DNA from: Callorhinchus milii
Lineage: Eukaryota
DNA length: 64,000 nucleotides
Assembly (NCBI RefSeq): GCF_018977255.1
Contig: NW_024704743.1
Span: forward strand, 17,734,001 to 17,798,000
Reading direction: 5' to 3'
The notes beneath the pieces are model-generated. The model saw only the letters and a list, made by a program, of their open reading frames with translations. It was not told where the DNA came from and searched no databases. A program made the translations under genes and the position numbers. Positions 48,701-62,654 of the stretch are shown here, piece by piece (the stretch's first letter is position 1; each line of letters opens with the position of its first letter).

Positions 48701-50220
48701 GGGTGTGAGTGAGTGTGTGTGGTGCTGGGTGTGTGTGGTGCTGGGTGTGAGTGTGTGTGTGTGGTGCTGGGTGTGTGAGTGTGTGGTGCTGGGTGTGTGA
48801 GTGTGTGGTACTGGGTGTGTGAGTGTGTGTGGTGCTGGGTGTGAGTGTGTGTGTGTGTGGTGCTGGGTGTGAGTGTGTGTGTGTGTGTGGTGCTGGGTGT
48901 GAGTGTGTGGTGCTGTGTGTGTGTGTGGTGCTGGGTGTGAGTGTGTGTGTGGTGCTGGGTGTGAGTGTGTGTGTGTGTGGTGTTGGGTGTGAGTGTGTGG
49001 TGCTGTGTGTGTGTGGTGCTGGGTGTGAGTGTGTGTGTGTGGTGCTGGGTGTGAGTGTGTGTGTGTGGTGCTGGGTGTGTGTGTGGTGCTGGGTGTGAGT
49101 GTGTGTGTGTGTGGTGCTGGGTGTGAGTGAGTGTGTGTGGTGCTGGGTGTGTGTGTGTGTGGTGCTGGGTGTGTGAGTGTGTAGTACTGGGTGTGTGGGT
49201 GTGTGTGGTGCTGGGTGTGAGTGTGTGTGTGTGTGGTGCTGGGTGTGTGTTTATGTGGTGCTGGGTGTGAGTGTGTGTGTGTGTGGTGCTGGGTGTGTGA
49301 GTGTGTGTGGTGCTGGGTGTGAGTGTGTGTGTGTGTGGTACTGGGTGTGTGAGTGTGTGTGGTGCTGGGTGTGAGTGTGTGTGTGTGTGGTGCTGGGTGA
49401 GAGTGTGTGAGTGTGTGGTGCTGGGTGTGAGTGTGTGTGTGTGTGGTACTGGGTGTGTGAGTGTGTGTGGTGCTGGGTGTGAGTGTGTGTGTGTGTGGTA
49501 CTGGGTGTGTGAGTGTGTGTGGTGCTGGGTGTGAGTGTGTGAGTGTGTGGTGCTGGGTGTGAGTGTGTGGTACTGGGTGTGTGAGTGTGTGTGGTGCTGG
49601 GTGTGAGTGTGTGAGTGTGTGGTACTGGGTGTGTGGGTGTGTGTGGTGCTGGGTGTGAGTGTGTGGTACTGGGTGTGAGTGCGTGTGTGTGGTGCTGGGT
49701 GTGAGTGTGTGGTACTGGGTGTGTGGGTGTGTGTGGTGCTGGGTGTGTGGGTGTGTGTGGTGCTGGGTGTGAGTGTGTGGTACTGGGTGTGAGTGTGAGT
49801 GTGTGGTGCTGGGTGTGTGGGTGTGTGTGGTGCTGGGTGTGAGTGTGTGGTACTGGGTGTGAGTGCGTGTGTGTGGTGCTGGGTGTGAGTGTGTGGTACT
49901 GGGTGTGTGGGTGTGTGTGGTGCTGGGTGTGAGTGTGTGGTACTGGGTGTGAGTGCGTGTGTGTGGTGCTGGGTGTGAGTGTGTGGTACTGGGTGTGTGG
50001 GTGTGTGTGGTGCTGGGTGTGAGTGTGTGTGTGTGTGTGGTGCTGGGTGTGAGTGTGTGGTACTGGGTGTGTGAGTGTGTGTGGTGCTGAGTGTGAGTGT
50101 GTGTGGTGTGTGTGTGTGTGTGTGGTGCGTGTGGTGTGTGTGTGTGTGTGGTGTGTGTGTGTGGTGATTGTGTGTGGTGTGTGTGTGTGGTGTGAGTGTG
50201 TGTGTGGTGTGTATGGGTGT
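45722..50220. repeat. About 4.5-kb TG-rich complex satellite
   Basis: GTGGTGCTGG / GTGGTACTGG cores separated by variable (TG)n and GAGT tracts. Confidence 0.97.
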
Positions 50221-50315
50221 CCGCGTGTTATTGTGTTAATGTTTGTGCTCGGGGCACCTTCGACAGGTCGCGATCTCTGCCATGAGACAACTCTCTGACA
50301 AGATGTCCTAAATTG

Positions 50316-50440
50316 TTGGGGGGGTTTGTCGGGGGATTTGTGGGGGTTTTGTGGGGGTTTTGTGGGGGTTTGTGGGGGGGTTTGTGGGGATTTGTGGGGG
50401 GGTTTGTGGGGATTTGTGGGGGGGTTTGTGGTGGTGGAGG
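50316..50440. repeat. (TTTGTGGGGG)n G-rich repeat
   Basis: About 10 runs of G4-G7 separated by TTTGT. Confidence 0.9.
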
Positions 50441-52319
50441 TTAAACTAACACTGTTTTTTCGGTGATTTGGCACTGACGACTGCGAGTGCAGCGAAAAAC
50501 AAATCTGAAAACCTTCTGCATTCTCGTAACGTTGGCCACATTATTAATAGACGTTTTGCACATAATAATAATAATAATACAATAATAATCCTTGCATTTG
50601 ATATAGCGCTTTTCATGTCTTCTCGACGTCTCGAAGCGCTTCGCAGAAGTCACGACAAGACCGAAACTGCTCGATTTCCCTGACCGAGCTTTGCTTTTCT
50701 TGGGCGCTGTTCGCTGCTATCAGACAGAAACCTCTTAAGTTAGTTTAAATTCTGCTGTTGACCTCTAAAGTGTATGTACTTAACTTTCTGCGGTGCATAG
50801 ATCTGAGATCTATATATATATATATATATACATAATGCATATTTTTAACAATTAAAATATTCTTTTTTAAAAAAATATATCATTTGCTCGTGAAATCTCC
50901 ATTGGGTGACAACTATTGTATTTCCGACTTTGTTTTTGACTGCTGGATTTGCTCTCGTTTATCCACATCCGTCTGCAGTTGCTGTCACTGTATTCTACAG
51001 TACAGGAAAATGCACTTGACTTCACGAAGCCCACTTAGAGAGCAACCCAAGCCCGGCAAACACAACCACATCCTTCAGATCTTACCCCATTCCCTCTCCC
51101 GAGAGAAACCTAAAGTTAACACAATGTAGTGAGGTGTTTACCTGCACTGAGTGCTTTCTCGCAGTTAGGTTTTGTGAGGATATAAGTCAGACGACAGCTT
51201 CCTTCTGGATCACAATTTGCAATATAAATGAAAGTTAATATCACTTCAGAACTCTTCTATGTATATATATGTATGTGTGTATATATATTATTTATATATA
51301 TTATATATATAAAACATGTGTTTAGCTTCTGGCTGCTATTATATGAGGACAGAGTTGCAGTTCACTGGGGGAGAAGGAATAGCTGCGTTTAGATTTACAA
51401 TTGGCTTTGAGTTATGGTGGCTTAATCTCTGATTGAGAAGCACGCGTGTATATCTTGAACAGAAACTTGCTTCTTTGAGCAAAAGTCGTGTGAAACCAAA
51501 CTTTATATTTGTTTGAAGGTGAATCCCATCTGTGGAAAGTACAGTATAGCTGGTGTTGCTATTTTACTCTGATGTGATTGCTCCTAAACCTCCAGTCTCA
51601 CATTTTAACTATCGTGGTTTGTTCCAAGTTATCGTCTTCCAACTATGCAATACTGTACTCCATCTGAGCAACAGTACATCACTAGCAAAGCTCCAACTTC
51701 AGGTATAACATTGGCAATTGCATTGCACACCACACCATATTATAAACAGCTCACTGTGAATGAATACATCCCATCCCATATAAATAAGCACATCATTTGG
51801 AGGAGGGCAAGAGATCAATTTACATGTAAATGCGGTGAGACATTCTGCAACTTTCAAAGTAGCTGAGGCCTGACTTTTTTTTCAAAAAAATCTCTACATT
51901 GTAATTACTAAAAACCGTCAGCAACTGATTCATTTATCCTGATTCACAAAATTGTCAACTTTGCCCCAGTTTATTTTCACATATATCCCGCCTGTATGTT
52001 CAGATGGCCGTTAAAACTCACTATTATAATAATATTATAATAATCCTTGCATTTGATATCTTGGGGCCGAGACGTCTCAAAGTGCTGCACGGAATATATT
52101 GTAAATTGGATTGCCTGTGTATTTTGTGGGCAAAATGGAAAAGAGACGGCAAGATAAAATTGGTCATTCACTTGATGGCTGTGTGCAAGATATTGCTGTG
52201 CCCAATTTGCTGGATTGGCCTGCAAATGCACAGTTACTACACTTTATAGAAACCTCTTTAAAGCGCTTTGAGATGCTTGGATGTGATAAAACCCTGTATC
52301 AAATGCAAGGATTTTATAA

Positions 52320-52886
<567 letters not shown>

Positions 52887-53116
52887 TAAGATGTATTCTG
52901 ACATTTATATATGGAATAAACGTCAAATATCACGTCCTTTTAATATGTGTCTATGTTCAGCATCATTTCATTTGATAAAGTCACACAAGCAAACATTTTT
53001 ACTGTGGGCTTATACTCTTGTATGAAATAGACATTGTAGTTTGGGCTGTGTTTACCTGTGAGTGCCATCCATCAACTAACTGTTCTTACCCACTTAACCC
53101 TTTGCTCTGATGTGTG

Positions 53117-53256
53117 AACTGCTGTGCGCAATTGGCTGCCGCTTTTCGTCCACAAAATATACAGTCAATTCACTTTACAGTGTATTCTGTGAAGCGCTTT
53201 GAGACGTCTAGAAGACGTGAAAAGCGCTATATCAAATGCAAGGATTATTATTATTA
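53117..53256 (+). mobile_element. SINE 3' half in the FAM237B intron
   Basis: ctgtgcgcaattggctgcc...atatcaaatgcaaggattattattatt. Confidence 0.85.
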
Positions 53257-53318
53257 AAACATGCAAAAGTAAGAGCTTCTGAGTTTCTTGTCCTTTTCTG
53301 ATATCTCCTTTCTTGCAG

Positions 53319-53356
53319 GGTTGACACGTTCAAGTGACAAGAAATTAAGGATTTAA
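53319..53356 (+). CDS. FAM237B: FAM237B coding exon 2
   Basis: ctcctttcttgcag|GG TTG ACA CGT TCA AGT GAC AAG AAA TTA AGG ATT TAA encodes (G)LTRSSDKKLRI*. Phase matches; total 133 aa. AATAAA at 53699 and 54231. Confidence 0.8.
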
Positions 53357-56300
53357 TGTGTGCAAGATAATCTCAGAGGAATGCGCATCATACATGCCAG
53401 AATCGGCGTGTTGCTAAAGGAAGGGTGTTCACTACACTCACTGGCTGTGCACTCTAAACCCGATGCCCAGAGAAATCACTCCTTGATCACCAAAGCAATG
53501 TTCTTGTGATGATACAAAACTCTTTTAAATGGACCTTGTAGACTCTTCGTTTTTTTCCGAAAAACCAAAATACCGTAAATGTTTTAACTTAAGGATTTGC
53601 TGGTAATCAACAGGAATACACATAGACGTTCAGCATCTGTAGTGAAATTTTCATAGCTTGTTTTAAAATATTTCAACTTAACACTAATCAGCTGTTAAAA
53701 TAAAGTCAGCATTAACAGCATATGGGGATTTCAATGTTATTGTCAATTGACCTTGCTGTATAGTTGCTGTATAGTTGCAAACGTGCATTTAAAGTTATGT
53801 CTTTTAAAAATAGTTTAATTTGTTCCATGAAGGTAGCTTTTGTGTCTGAACCCCAAATGTGCTCTCTAAAATGTATTCAGATTGCATTAATGACCACTCA
53901 GGTAAGCTTCTAGAGTAAAGAAAGGTGTCACTGTTCCGAGGGGAACATTTTGTAGACACCTTCCTTTATCACAGACACGTTAGTAACTTAACTCTAATGC
54001 CTCATCGACTTTGAGATTGTAATGTTATTTTTATAAACGCTGTAAAGGCTACAGGTATATTTTGTTATTGTGTTTCTTCAACGGTTTGAGTTGAAATTCC
54101 ATTCATAAATGCTTTGTGCTTTTCCCATATTTTAGGTTGTGTTTGTTTTAAATGTTTTTGTGAGTCATTTAAATGTCAATGGAGAAAAGAGCATTATTAT
54201 TTCTGTATGATTGCATTTCCTTTGCTGTTGAATAAAAATGATTTCATGGCTGAGAAAAATGAGCAATTGTGCTTTCAGGTTTGAAACTTATCTATGAAGT
54301 CATATAGGATTGCCTTAGCCAACGTGAAAGTGACTCATATAGCACGCTGTCTCTGCAGCATTGCAGGTCACATTAAATTGCTCTAAATATATATATATAT
54401 TATATATATATATACACTGGCTCTATGTGTTGCAGCTATACTTGCAACCAAAGGATCCTATATGGAATGTAGATTTCAGTGATACTACTCACAAACCATT
54501 TAACATGCCATAAACACTGTGTGTACACCTTAAGCAAAACTGACATACATGTGCGATGAGATTGTTTGGGAGTCACAGGTCATGCAAGATAGCAGATCTT
54601 ATATATATATATATTGTATATATGCAGGTTACTTCGGGACTTAGGTGCTAATCATGCTGCAACATTAAATTAGAAACAATACCCTTCATAGTCCGAATTA
54701 CAACTTGAACTTTCATAGCACCTTTCAGCTAGGCTGTTGTCTGGAAGCACAACTCAGCCACAACCCTTCTGCATGTCCTGTACCCATCGCTGTTGGCCGC
54801 ATTCATCTACTATGCCCCAAAGCTCTGGAATACTTCCTCGATCCCTCCGCCTTGCCCCTTCCTTCCTCATTTTCAGGTCGCACCTGAAGACCTTCCTAGT
54901 CGACCATGCTTACGGTCACCTCCCCCTCCCTCTCAGTCATGCTCCGCCACTGTCGAGCGGTCTGGGATGCTACACTGCATGAGAGGAGCTATATAAATGT
55001 AAGTATGTTATGGAGAATGCTAAATCATTGCTAAAAGTGTAGAATTCCTACTTAACTATTATGGATAACACTTTCAGCTCTGAAACCATGTCCAAGAGCT
55101 AATTTTGAAGTAGTATCAGCGTGAATAGCTCCAGGAGAATTTTTCCTGCAGTCGACTCCAATCAAAAACAATGTTTTAAGGTTATAGGATTACCCTTAAG
55201 GTTTTAATATAAAAGTGCTGTAGAGTTTGAGGAATAAGTTATAATGCTAATAATTATATTTGGATTTGATATTGCACCTGTCACGCCAGAGAGACATCTC
55301 AAAGTGCTTTACAGGATATATTGAAAAGTGTAGCTACTGTAAGCGAAGATGGCAGTCAATTTGTGCACAGCAATGCCCCATAAACTTCAAGTAAACGCCC
55401 AATTTTATTTGGGGGATAGTTAGCCAGGTCACTCAGAGAAACTCCCTTCTCAACAAAAACTCTTCCGAAGGTTGCTAGTTTGGGCTGGTACCTGCAGTTT
55501 AATGCTGCACTTTTGAAGCAAAGCTGTGGTTAGACAGGCACGGAAATTGTGGTCTAATTGCATATTAGTCACTTCTCACCATAATTAACCATTTTACAGT
55601 TCGAGTTTCTTCCAATAATTCAGTCCCTGCAAAATACCACTTTGGAAAGACTTAACTAATCAGAATCTTCTAATTATAATAAGGAATTGATTTTATGGTG
55701 TATAAAAGTTCTGTTATCAGTATGAATAAGTGTATTATGGATGAATGTCAGTCAGCTCGTTAGTTTTGAAATTATTTTGTTTGTCCCGAATAAGTGTTTT
55801 GTAACAGATTTCACTTCATATGATAGCAACACTGTTTCAACCAGAATCATTTTTATTATAAACAAGAACTGGAGGATCATTGTTTAATCAAACCCATAAT
55901 TTTACAAACTGTCATCACAAACGTGGAGAGATGCTAAAAGCTGTCATTTGTAATCAACCAAAAGCAATATGAATAATCTGGTCTGATTGTGCCATTGTGA
56001 ATAAATCCAAGATGCACGTCATGAAAGCAAATATGTCACCATCTGAACTCCAAAACGTTATAGTAAAATTAAATAATTTACAATGATCTAATTGACATTA
56101 AGAACTGTGTCATCCTTTGATTGTACATTACTCTAAAATAGTTCTGGGATTGAAAATGCCATGAGTATTCTGAAGTGTTTAGTATGTTTGGAGCTGTCAC
56201 TGTTAATGTAAGTAATTCTTTGTCTGTGTCTACGGTTCTTTCCCCTTTCTCGACAACTTAATTTAACATAAAAAGGGTTTCCCCAAGTGGCTCAACAGAT

Positions 56301-57904
56301 AGTGCGCTCTGATAATCTAAGTGTGAAACTGACCTTGAGATTTCAATGGTCTCACGTTTAACCCTAATTTTGTGTTGACCTCAGCCAGGGCAGCAGTACA
56401 ATTTGTCTGAATGTTCAATGTCCCAAGAGGTGGAAGAGACTACAGTAGTATTTTCAACAACAGCAAAATTACATTTATAAAGCGTCTTTCACTTCGGGAG
56501 GACTTGAAAGTGCATCTGAATGTTGCACATTGACTGAGGACAAGCTCAGTCCTGGCTGTACTGAATCTGCACCACAACCCCTCCCTTTTCCCACAAAGTA
56601 TACAGTCAATTCACTTTACAGGGTACTCTGTAAAAAGCTTTGAGACGGCTCAAAAAGACGTGATGAGGCGCTACACCAAATGCAAGGAATATTATTATCT
56701 CTTGCATTCTTTCCATCTTAATGTTATCCTTCTTCTAATGGGTGACCTTCTACCGAACACAAGACTCTACTGTGACTTAACCAATTCCAACATGATATCC
56801 CTCCTTTTATATTCATTGCCACTGTTTATAAATTCCATTTACTATCATATTCGGCTTTGGTATCGGGTAATTCACTTTTAATGATTTATCTGGGGGTACA
56901 TATCTCAAATATGTATCCTGTACTTCTAGCGAGTGTTTTATATTTCAGGCTATAATTCTCCTTGTGTCCACTTCCAAACAACTAATGTATGTCGTAAAAT
57001 AATATGTTTTTGTTCTACCCATTAATGTATATGTGAAGAATGGCTATTCAGACAGGTCAGTGGATGGGCTAATGAATGACAGGTCATTTTATTGTAATTA
57101 AATTTAATATGAAATTTACTGACATTGACAAGCTTAGTGTTCAGGTTACAAATACCAAGGAAATGCATAATTTTCAAAAATGTGGGCCAATTAATCAAAT
57201 GGGTTAAAATAGCAGATGGATTTAACGATGCTTTTTGCATCGACCACAGCTTCCATCAGTGAGTTCCATATTCTCACTTTCGTCTGCGTGAAGAAGTTCC
57301 TTCTAAACTCCCTATTAGATCTTAAATGTATGCCCCTCATTTTGGACTCACCAACAAGTGAAGACAGCCTATCAATATCTACCTCATTGATTCCTTAAAA
57401 CTCTGAAGTAGTTAAGGACACGAATCTAGTACTGGGATGATTCTTGAGAGGATTTGGTTGGAGAATAAAAAAGCACCTATTTTACTGGAATATGGAGGGT
57501 TGAGAGGAGACCTGATACTGAAGTTTAAAATTATGAGGGGTGTCGATGGGGTCGACAGGGTGACATCATTTACACTGAGGCTTGAGGTCTGCCATTTCAG
57601 ATAATTAGCAAAGGGAAATATTAAGAGGTTTATTTTTACACGAAGAGATGAAAAGGGAAAAAGATAGGATGCAGAGTCAATGGATTACGATAAAACAGGA
57701 TTACTACTGAACGACATATCATCAGTGGTGTGAAGCTAACCTGTCTCACAATGCTCTAAACCCAGATCACGTTCCCTATTAGTGGGCGAAGAATCAACAG
57801 TTTGTACTTTTTTGGGTCCAGCTTAACATCCACCGGAACAGGCACAGAGATTGGTTTAATATCTGAAGGGCAGCATCACCCACAATGCAGGGTTTGAGGG
57901 TTAA

Positions 57905-58230
57905 TCTAGCCATGGGCGGGCCAATTGGCCTATGGGCCACGTCCAGCCTGGGGGATGATTTCCTCCAGCCCGCAAACCATTTCCGACCTCATTGTTTTAC
58001 CTCCCGCTCCTCCCCTCTTCCCAACACTCTCCACACTGCCTTGTGCCTTGTATAACCTTGTGAGAGACAGCATGGAGAACAACCGGAAGCAAGGCAATAC
58101 AGGAGTATTTTTAAAAGGTATCGTGCATATTTTGCAATTCTACAGAACAACAGAAAACTACAGAACTATGAGTCTCACTAAGAAACGTAAGATAGATGTG
58201 GTAAATAAGAGGACATTGGAACTCTAGATC
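57905..58230 (+). mobile_element. hAT (Charlie/SPIN-like) DNA transposon 5' relic
   Basis: ggcc.atgggccac.tccagcc subterminal motif, then MSLTKKRKID, resembling hAT transposase N-termini (MSKKRKID). Confidence 0.45.
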
Positions 58231-58974
58231 AAGAGAAACATTTTCCATCGTGTTGTATTAATTTGTTCACTGTTAGGCCTAATAAATTATGTGCATTTTA
58301 ATTAATTTCATTATTTCTTTCTTTCATTTTCATTGTTTACTCTGGATTTAATGATTATTCTTGCATATATAATATGTACTTTATTGATAAAAGTGTATTA
58401 CTGCTTTAAAATTTGTATGAATTTTCACAATGCCTATTTAAAGTTTGAGTTGTAACTAAAATACAGTGAAATTAAGTAATACAGTTACACAATGTAAAAC
58501 ATAGGATCTCTATATGATTCTTACGGGTTATGTTTCTGAAAGGGAAGCACAAAAATATTTCCTATGCAGCCTGCAGACGTTTCTCAAATTTGGTATCCAG
58601 CCCTCAGGTGAGTTCAAAGTCTCAACGTGGGGCTTGAACTCACAAACCTTCTGCCTGAGAGGCAAGAATGCTACCAGCTGAGCTAGCCTGGTACCTGGCT
58701 TGTAACCTTTGATGAATATCTGATAAAAGAATATTGTATAATGTCTGCAGCAGGAACAAAATATGGTACACAGTGAAACCAAAACAAATGAGAATAACCA
58801 TCAACGTGAAACTTTACATCTGTAAAAGAGCAAGTCATAAATAAAAGAAAAATGAATTTAAGAACAAAATGCAGCCAAAGGTTAACCAAAGAAATTAAAA
58901 TGTAACCTTCAAAATGGTTTAATGGATGTTTGATTCATTCCTTATTTATCGCAATTTTTCTGTGGTTCTTTGCT

Positions 58975-59106
58975 TTATGTGATGAGTTTACGTTTTGGCC
59001 CTTCTTTTATGGAAATTCTCCTGTTTGTCTGGCCAATCTTTTTCAAAAAGCCTCCCGTCAGATGCAGGGGCGTGCTCTCTACCATTGCAAGATGTCCAAA
59101 AAATCC
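58975..59106 (-). CDS. CFAP69: CFAP69 last coding exon
   Basis: ttttgcctcag|GGA TTT ... ACA TAA encodes GFFGHLAMVESTPLHLTGGFLKKIGQTNRRISIKEGPKRKLIT*. VESTP..L.GG matches the recalled CFAP69 C-terminus. Confidence 0.85.
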   Translation of the reverse strand, partial: GFFGHLAMVESTPLHLTGGFLKKIGQTNRRISIKEGPKRKLIT

Positions 59107-59429
59107 CTGAGGCAAAACAAAACACACATCACAAAACATGTATCAAACACGCATAAATCAATGTTTCTGTAGTACTCAAAGATATGGATGATAAAATAAA
59201 CGATAAACAAATCAGCATTGATATTTCAATGAATACATATGTCACTGCATTAAAATCGTAGAATGACAGTAATGTCATGTAGGTAGCTATATTATTCAAA
59301 ATGGAGTAAATGAATAAATATCAATACTGGTTTTAGACAAAAAAAACTATCATCCTCCAGTTAAATGTTTTTAAGGAAATACTTAACTGGAAGGTGATAG
59401 TCTATGTCAGCATATTTTAAGGATTGCCA

Positions 59430-60798
59430 CAAATTTACTCCGGAACAGAATAAATCTTCACTTAGAAGAATATGGGTTAATTAGGGACAGCCAACATGGA
59501 TTTGTTAAATGCAATCTTGTCTAACAAATCTAATAGAATTTTTCGATGAGGTAACGGAGAGGGTGGATAAAGGTAGTGCAGTTGATGTAGTTTATATGGA
59601 CTTTCAAAAGGCATTTGACAAAGTGAGAAAAAGTAAGAAGGTAAGAAGGCAATGTAAGAAAAACAGAAGCCCATGGTATAAAAGGGACAGTGGCAGCATG
59701 GGTCCAGAACTGGCTGGGAGACAGAAAGCAGAGAGTTGTGGTGAACGGCTGCTTTTCTGACTGGAGGGAAGTGTACAGTGGCGTCCCCCAGGGATCAGTA
59801 TTAGGACCACTGCTCTTCTTAATATACATAAATGATCTGGACTTGGGTATAGCAAGTACCATTTCCAAGTTTGTGGACGACACAAAGTTAGATAGGGTAG
59901 CAAACAGTGAGAAGGATAGTAGCCAACTGCAGGAAGACATAGACAGAATGGTAAAATGGGCAGACACATGGCAGATAAATTTCAATGTGGAGAAATGCAA
60001 GGTAATGCATTTTGGTAGAAAGAATGAGGGGAGGCAATATAGGCTGGTAATACAATCTTAAGGGGGCTAAAAGAACAGAGAAACCTGGGGGTGCAGGTAA
60101 ATGAATGCTTGAAGGTGGCAGGACAGGTAGATAAAGCTAAAAAAGGGCATATGGGATACTAGGCTTTATAAGTAGGGGCATAGAGTACAAGAGTCAGGAG
60201 GTTATGGTTAACCTATATAAAACACTGGTTAGTCCTCAGTTAGAATACTGGGCCCAGTTCTGGGCACCACACTATAGGAAGGATGTTAAGGCATTGGAAA
60301 GGGTGCAGAGGAGATTTACAAGAACCATACCAGTAATGAGGGACCTTGATTATGAGGAAAGGCTAGAGAGGCTGGGATTATTCTCATTGGAGTAGAGAAG
60401 ATTACAAAGAGACCTTACAATAGAGGTCTTCAAAATCATGAGGGGATTTCATAGGTTAGAAAGAGAAAAACTGTTTCCACTGGTAGGTGTGTCGGTGACT
60501 CGAGGTCACAGATTCAAAATAGTCTCTAAAAGAAGCAGAGGGGAGGTGAGAAGAAATTTTTTCATGCAACGAGTTGTTCGAATCTGGAACGCATTGCCTG
60601 AAAGGGTGGTTGAGGCCGATTCAATAACTACTTTTAAAAACGCGGTGGACAGGTATTTGAGGAGGACGGGTTTGCAGGGCTATGGGGAAAAGGCTGGGGA
60701 GTGGGATTGACATTACATTGCTCTATTCAAAGAGCTGTCACAAACTCGATGGGCCAAATAGCCTCTTTTTGTGCTGTACGATTCTATGATTCTATGAT
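59430..60798 (+). mobile_element. CR1-clade LINE 3' portion in the last CFAP69 intron
   Basis: [55 protein letters not shown] with frameshifts. Canonical (ATTCTATG)n 3' tail. Confidence 0.95.
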
Positions 60799-60836
60799 AT
60801 TACTAATTGCCAAAGAGATGCTTGAGAGTTACTTAC

Positions 60837-60941
60837 AGTTGTATTTAAATTTAGGATTTCAGGTTGGTGAAATGTGGCGTTCTCATTTTTTACCTCAATC
60901 CTGGAAGCTTTTAAAGCTTCGTCCTGAACTCTCTTGGCTTC
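60837..60941 (-). CDS. CFAP69: CFAP69 exon (n-1)
   Basis: EAKRVQDEALKASRIEVKNENATFHQPEILNLNTT (recalled human KAKSLQEKAIEASR...NAIFHQTHIKGLNT). AG/GT flanks, 105 nt. Confidence 0.88.
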
Positions 60942-61056
60942 CTGAAGAAACATTTTTACTCAAAATATTAATTTGATCTTTCTTCAAATACATGCGATTA
61001 CTTATTTAATGCTAATATCATGATGGTATTTTATCACTAAGTAAAACAATGCTTGC

Positions 61057-61143
61057 CTTCAGAAACTCATAGTTTGATGTCCTGTTCACATAATGTTTCC
61101 ATGATTTAATGGCAGATTCTCTCTGTTTGTAGTTGTCTTTAAT
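61057..61143 (-). CDS. CFAP69: CFAP69 exon (n-2), ends at a GC donor
   Basis: IKDNYKQRESAIKSWKHYVNRTSNYEFLK (recalled human IQATHKQRELANKSWEDFLARTSNAKTLK). 87 nt, donor AAG|gcaagc. Confidence 0.87.
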
Positions 61144-61482
61144 CTTTTAAAATGAACACACAAAATTGAAACCAACACAAAATGATCTGTACATTACACA
61201 TATTGTTAATACTACTGTAATCACATGAAACTGATGCATCAATTGTACTACACTAGTTGTAGAAAGAGTTCTCTGCATGAAATAAGAAAACTATTTTGTG
61301 GTAGTAGCATCACTTATAACTTAAATGTCATACTTCTCAAATGAGTTCTGCAGCAAATGTAAACAGGCAAATTATTTCTTATTGACTGTAACAAATTATT
61401 TTATGAGGTTTAATAACAAAGAAAACTGAAAAACGAAATGTTAAATTAGTGATCTAAAACACAGTAAAACTCTATCGCTTAC

Positions 61483-61680
61483 CTCTTTGTACATTTGCAT
61501 CTCATTCATAATACTATCATTGTATTCTTTTTGAAGCAGTTCAGTCTGTTGGTAAGCTACCGTCCTGCTAACATTCTCGACATGCTTGATGATTTTGTGG
61601 ATGATATCAGTATCTGAAGCGATGGGATGTACATTTTCTTGCTTAAGTTCCCTTTCAATTTCAATCCACACCTCTGCTAC
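61483..61680 (-). CDS. CFAP69: CFAP69 exon (n-3)
   Basis: VAEVWIEIERELKQENVHPIASDTDIIHKIIKHVENVSRTVAYQQTELLQKEYNDSIMNEMQMYKE. AG/GT flanks, 198 nt. The gene continues beyond the window. Confidence 0.88.
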
Positions 61681-62654
61681 CTAGTGTTAAAGCACCAGAT
61701 TACAAATTAAACTGACATAACGTCATACTTTGACACAAGTAAAATATTATTCAATGTCTGATTTTACAAATCCTGCTTCAGCCAGGGGAGCTGGACAATC
61801 TAAGTTGCTAGCATTTTGAGGTCCTTGTGAGGGATATTAATATGTGGCCGATAGTTTTATTTTAAGAACGAAAACCTGCAAACCATAACAATTGACATTA
61901 ATACAGTGCCATTCATGTTGGAATGACATCTCAAAGTGAGCTAGTGAAAGCATGGTCGAATATATAGATTTTAAGGTGGGTTTTGAGGTGGAGAGGGAGG
62001 GACAAAGAAGAGAGAAGAAATATGGGATGGAGTTGCAGAGTGTGTAGGCAGAAGGCTGAAAGCTCAACAACAAATGGTGGCACAGAGCGAGCAGAGGACA
62101 TGAAGCAAGCTGGGGTGTTTGCTGATTGAACGGAGCAGCCAGGGCAGGAGGCTTGCAAAAGTAGGGTGGGGTGAAGCCATGGAGTCATCTGAATGTGAGG
62201 ATGTTAGGATGAGAATCATGAATTTGATCTGCTGGGGAATAGAGATCCAGAAGAGCCCAGTGAGGATAGAAATTATGGGCTTTTAGAATTCATTAGAATA
62301 TACTGCACAGAAACAGGCCATTCGACCCAACTGGTCTATATTTATGCATGTTTATACTCCACGAGTCTCCTCCTGCCCTTCCTCAACTAAGCCTTGAAGC
62401 GTAACCTTCTATTCCTTTCTCCCTCATGTACCTATCTAGCATTCCCTTAAATACATCTATGCAATTTGCCTCAAGAACTCCTTGTGGTAGCATGTTCCAC
62501 ATTCCCACTGCTCTCTGTGTGAAGAAATTTCTTTTAACTTCCCTATTTGATCTATTTCTGACTATTTTATATTGATGGCCTCTGGTTTTGGTCTCCCCAT
62601 AAGTGGAAACATCTTCCCTATGTCTACCCTATCAAAACCTTTCATCATTTTAAA

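Noticed and set aside
45322..50474. Cys/Val-rich and His/Thr-rich ORFs up to 407 aa
   Set aside because: Artefacts of the TG and TGTC satellites.
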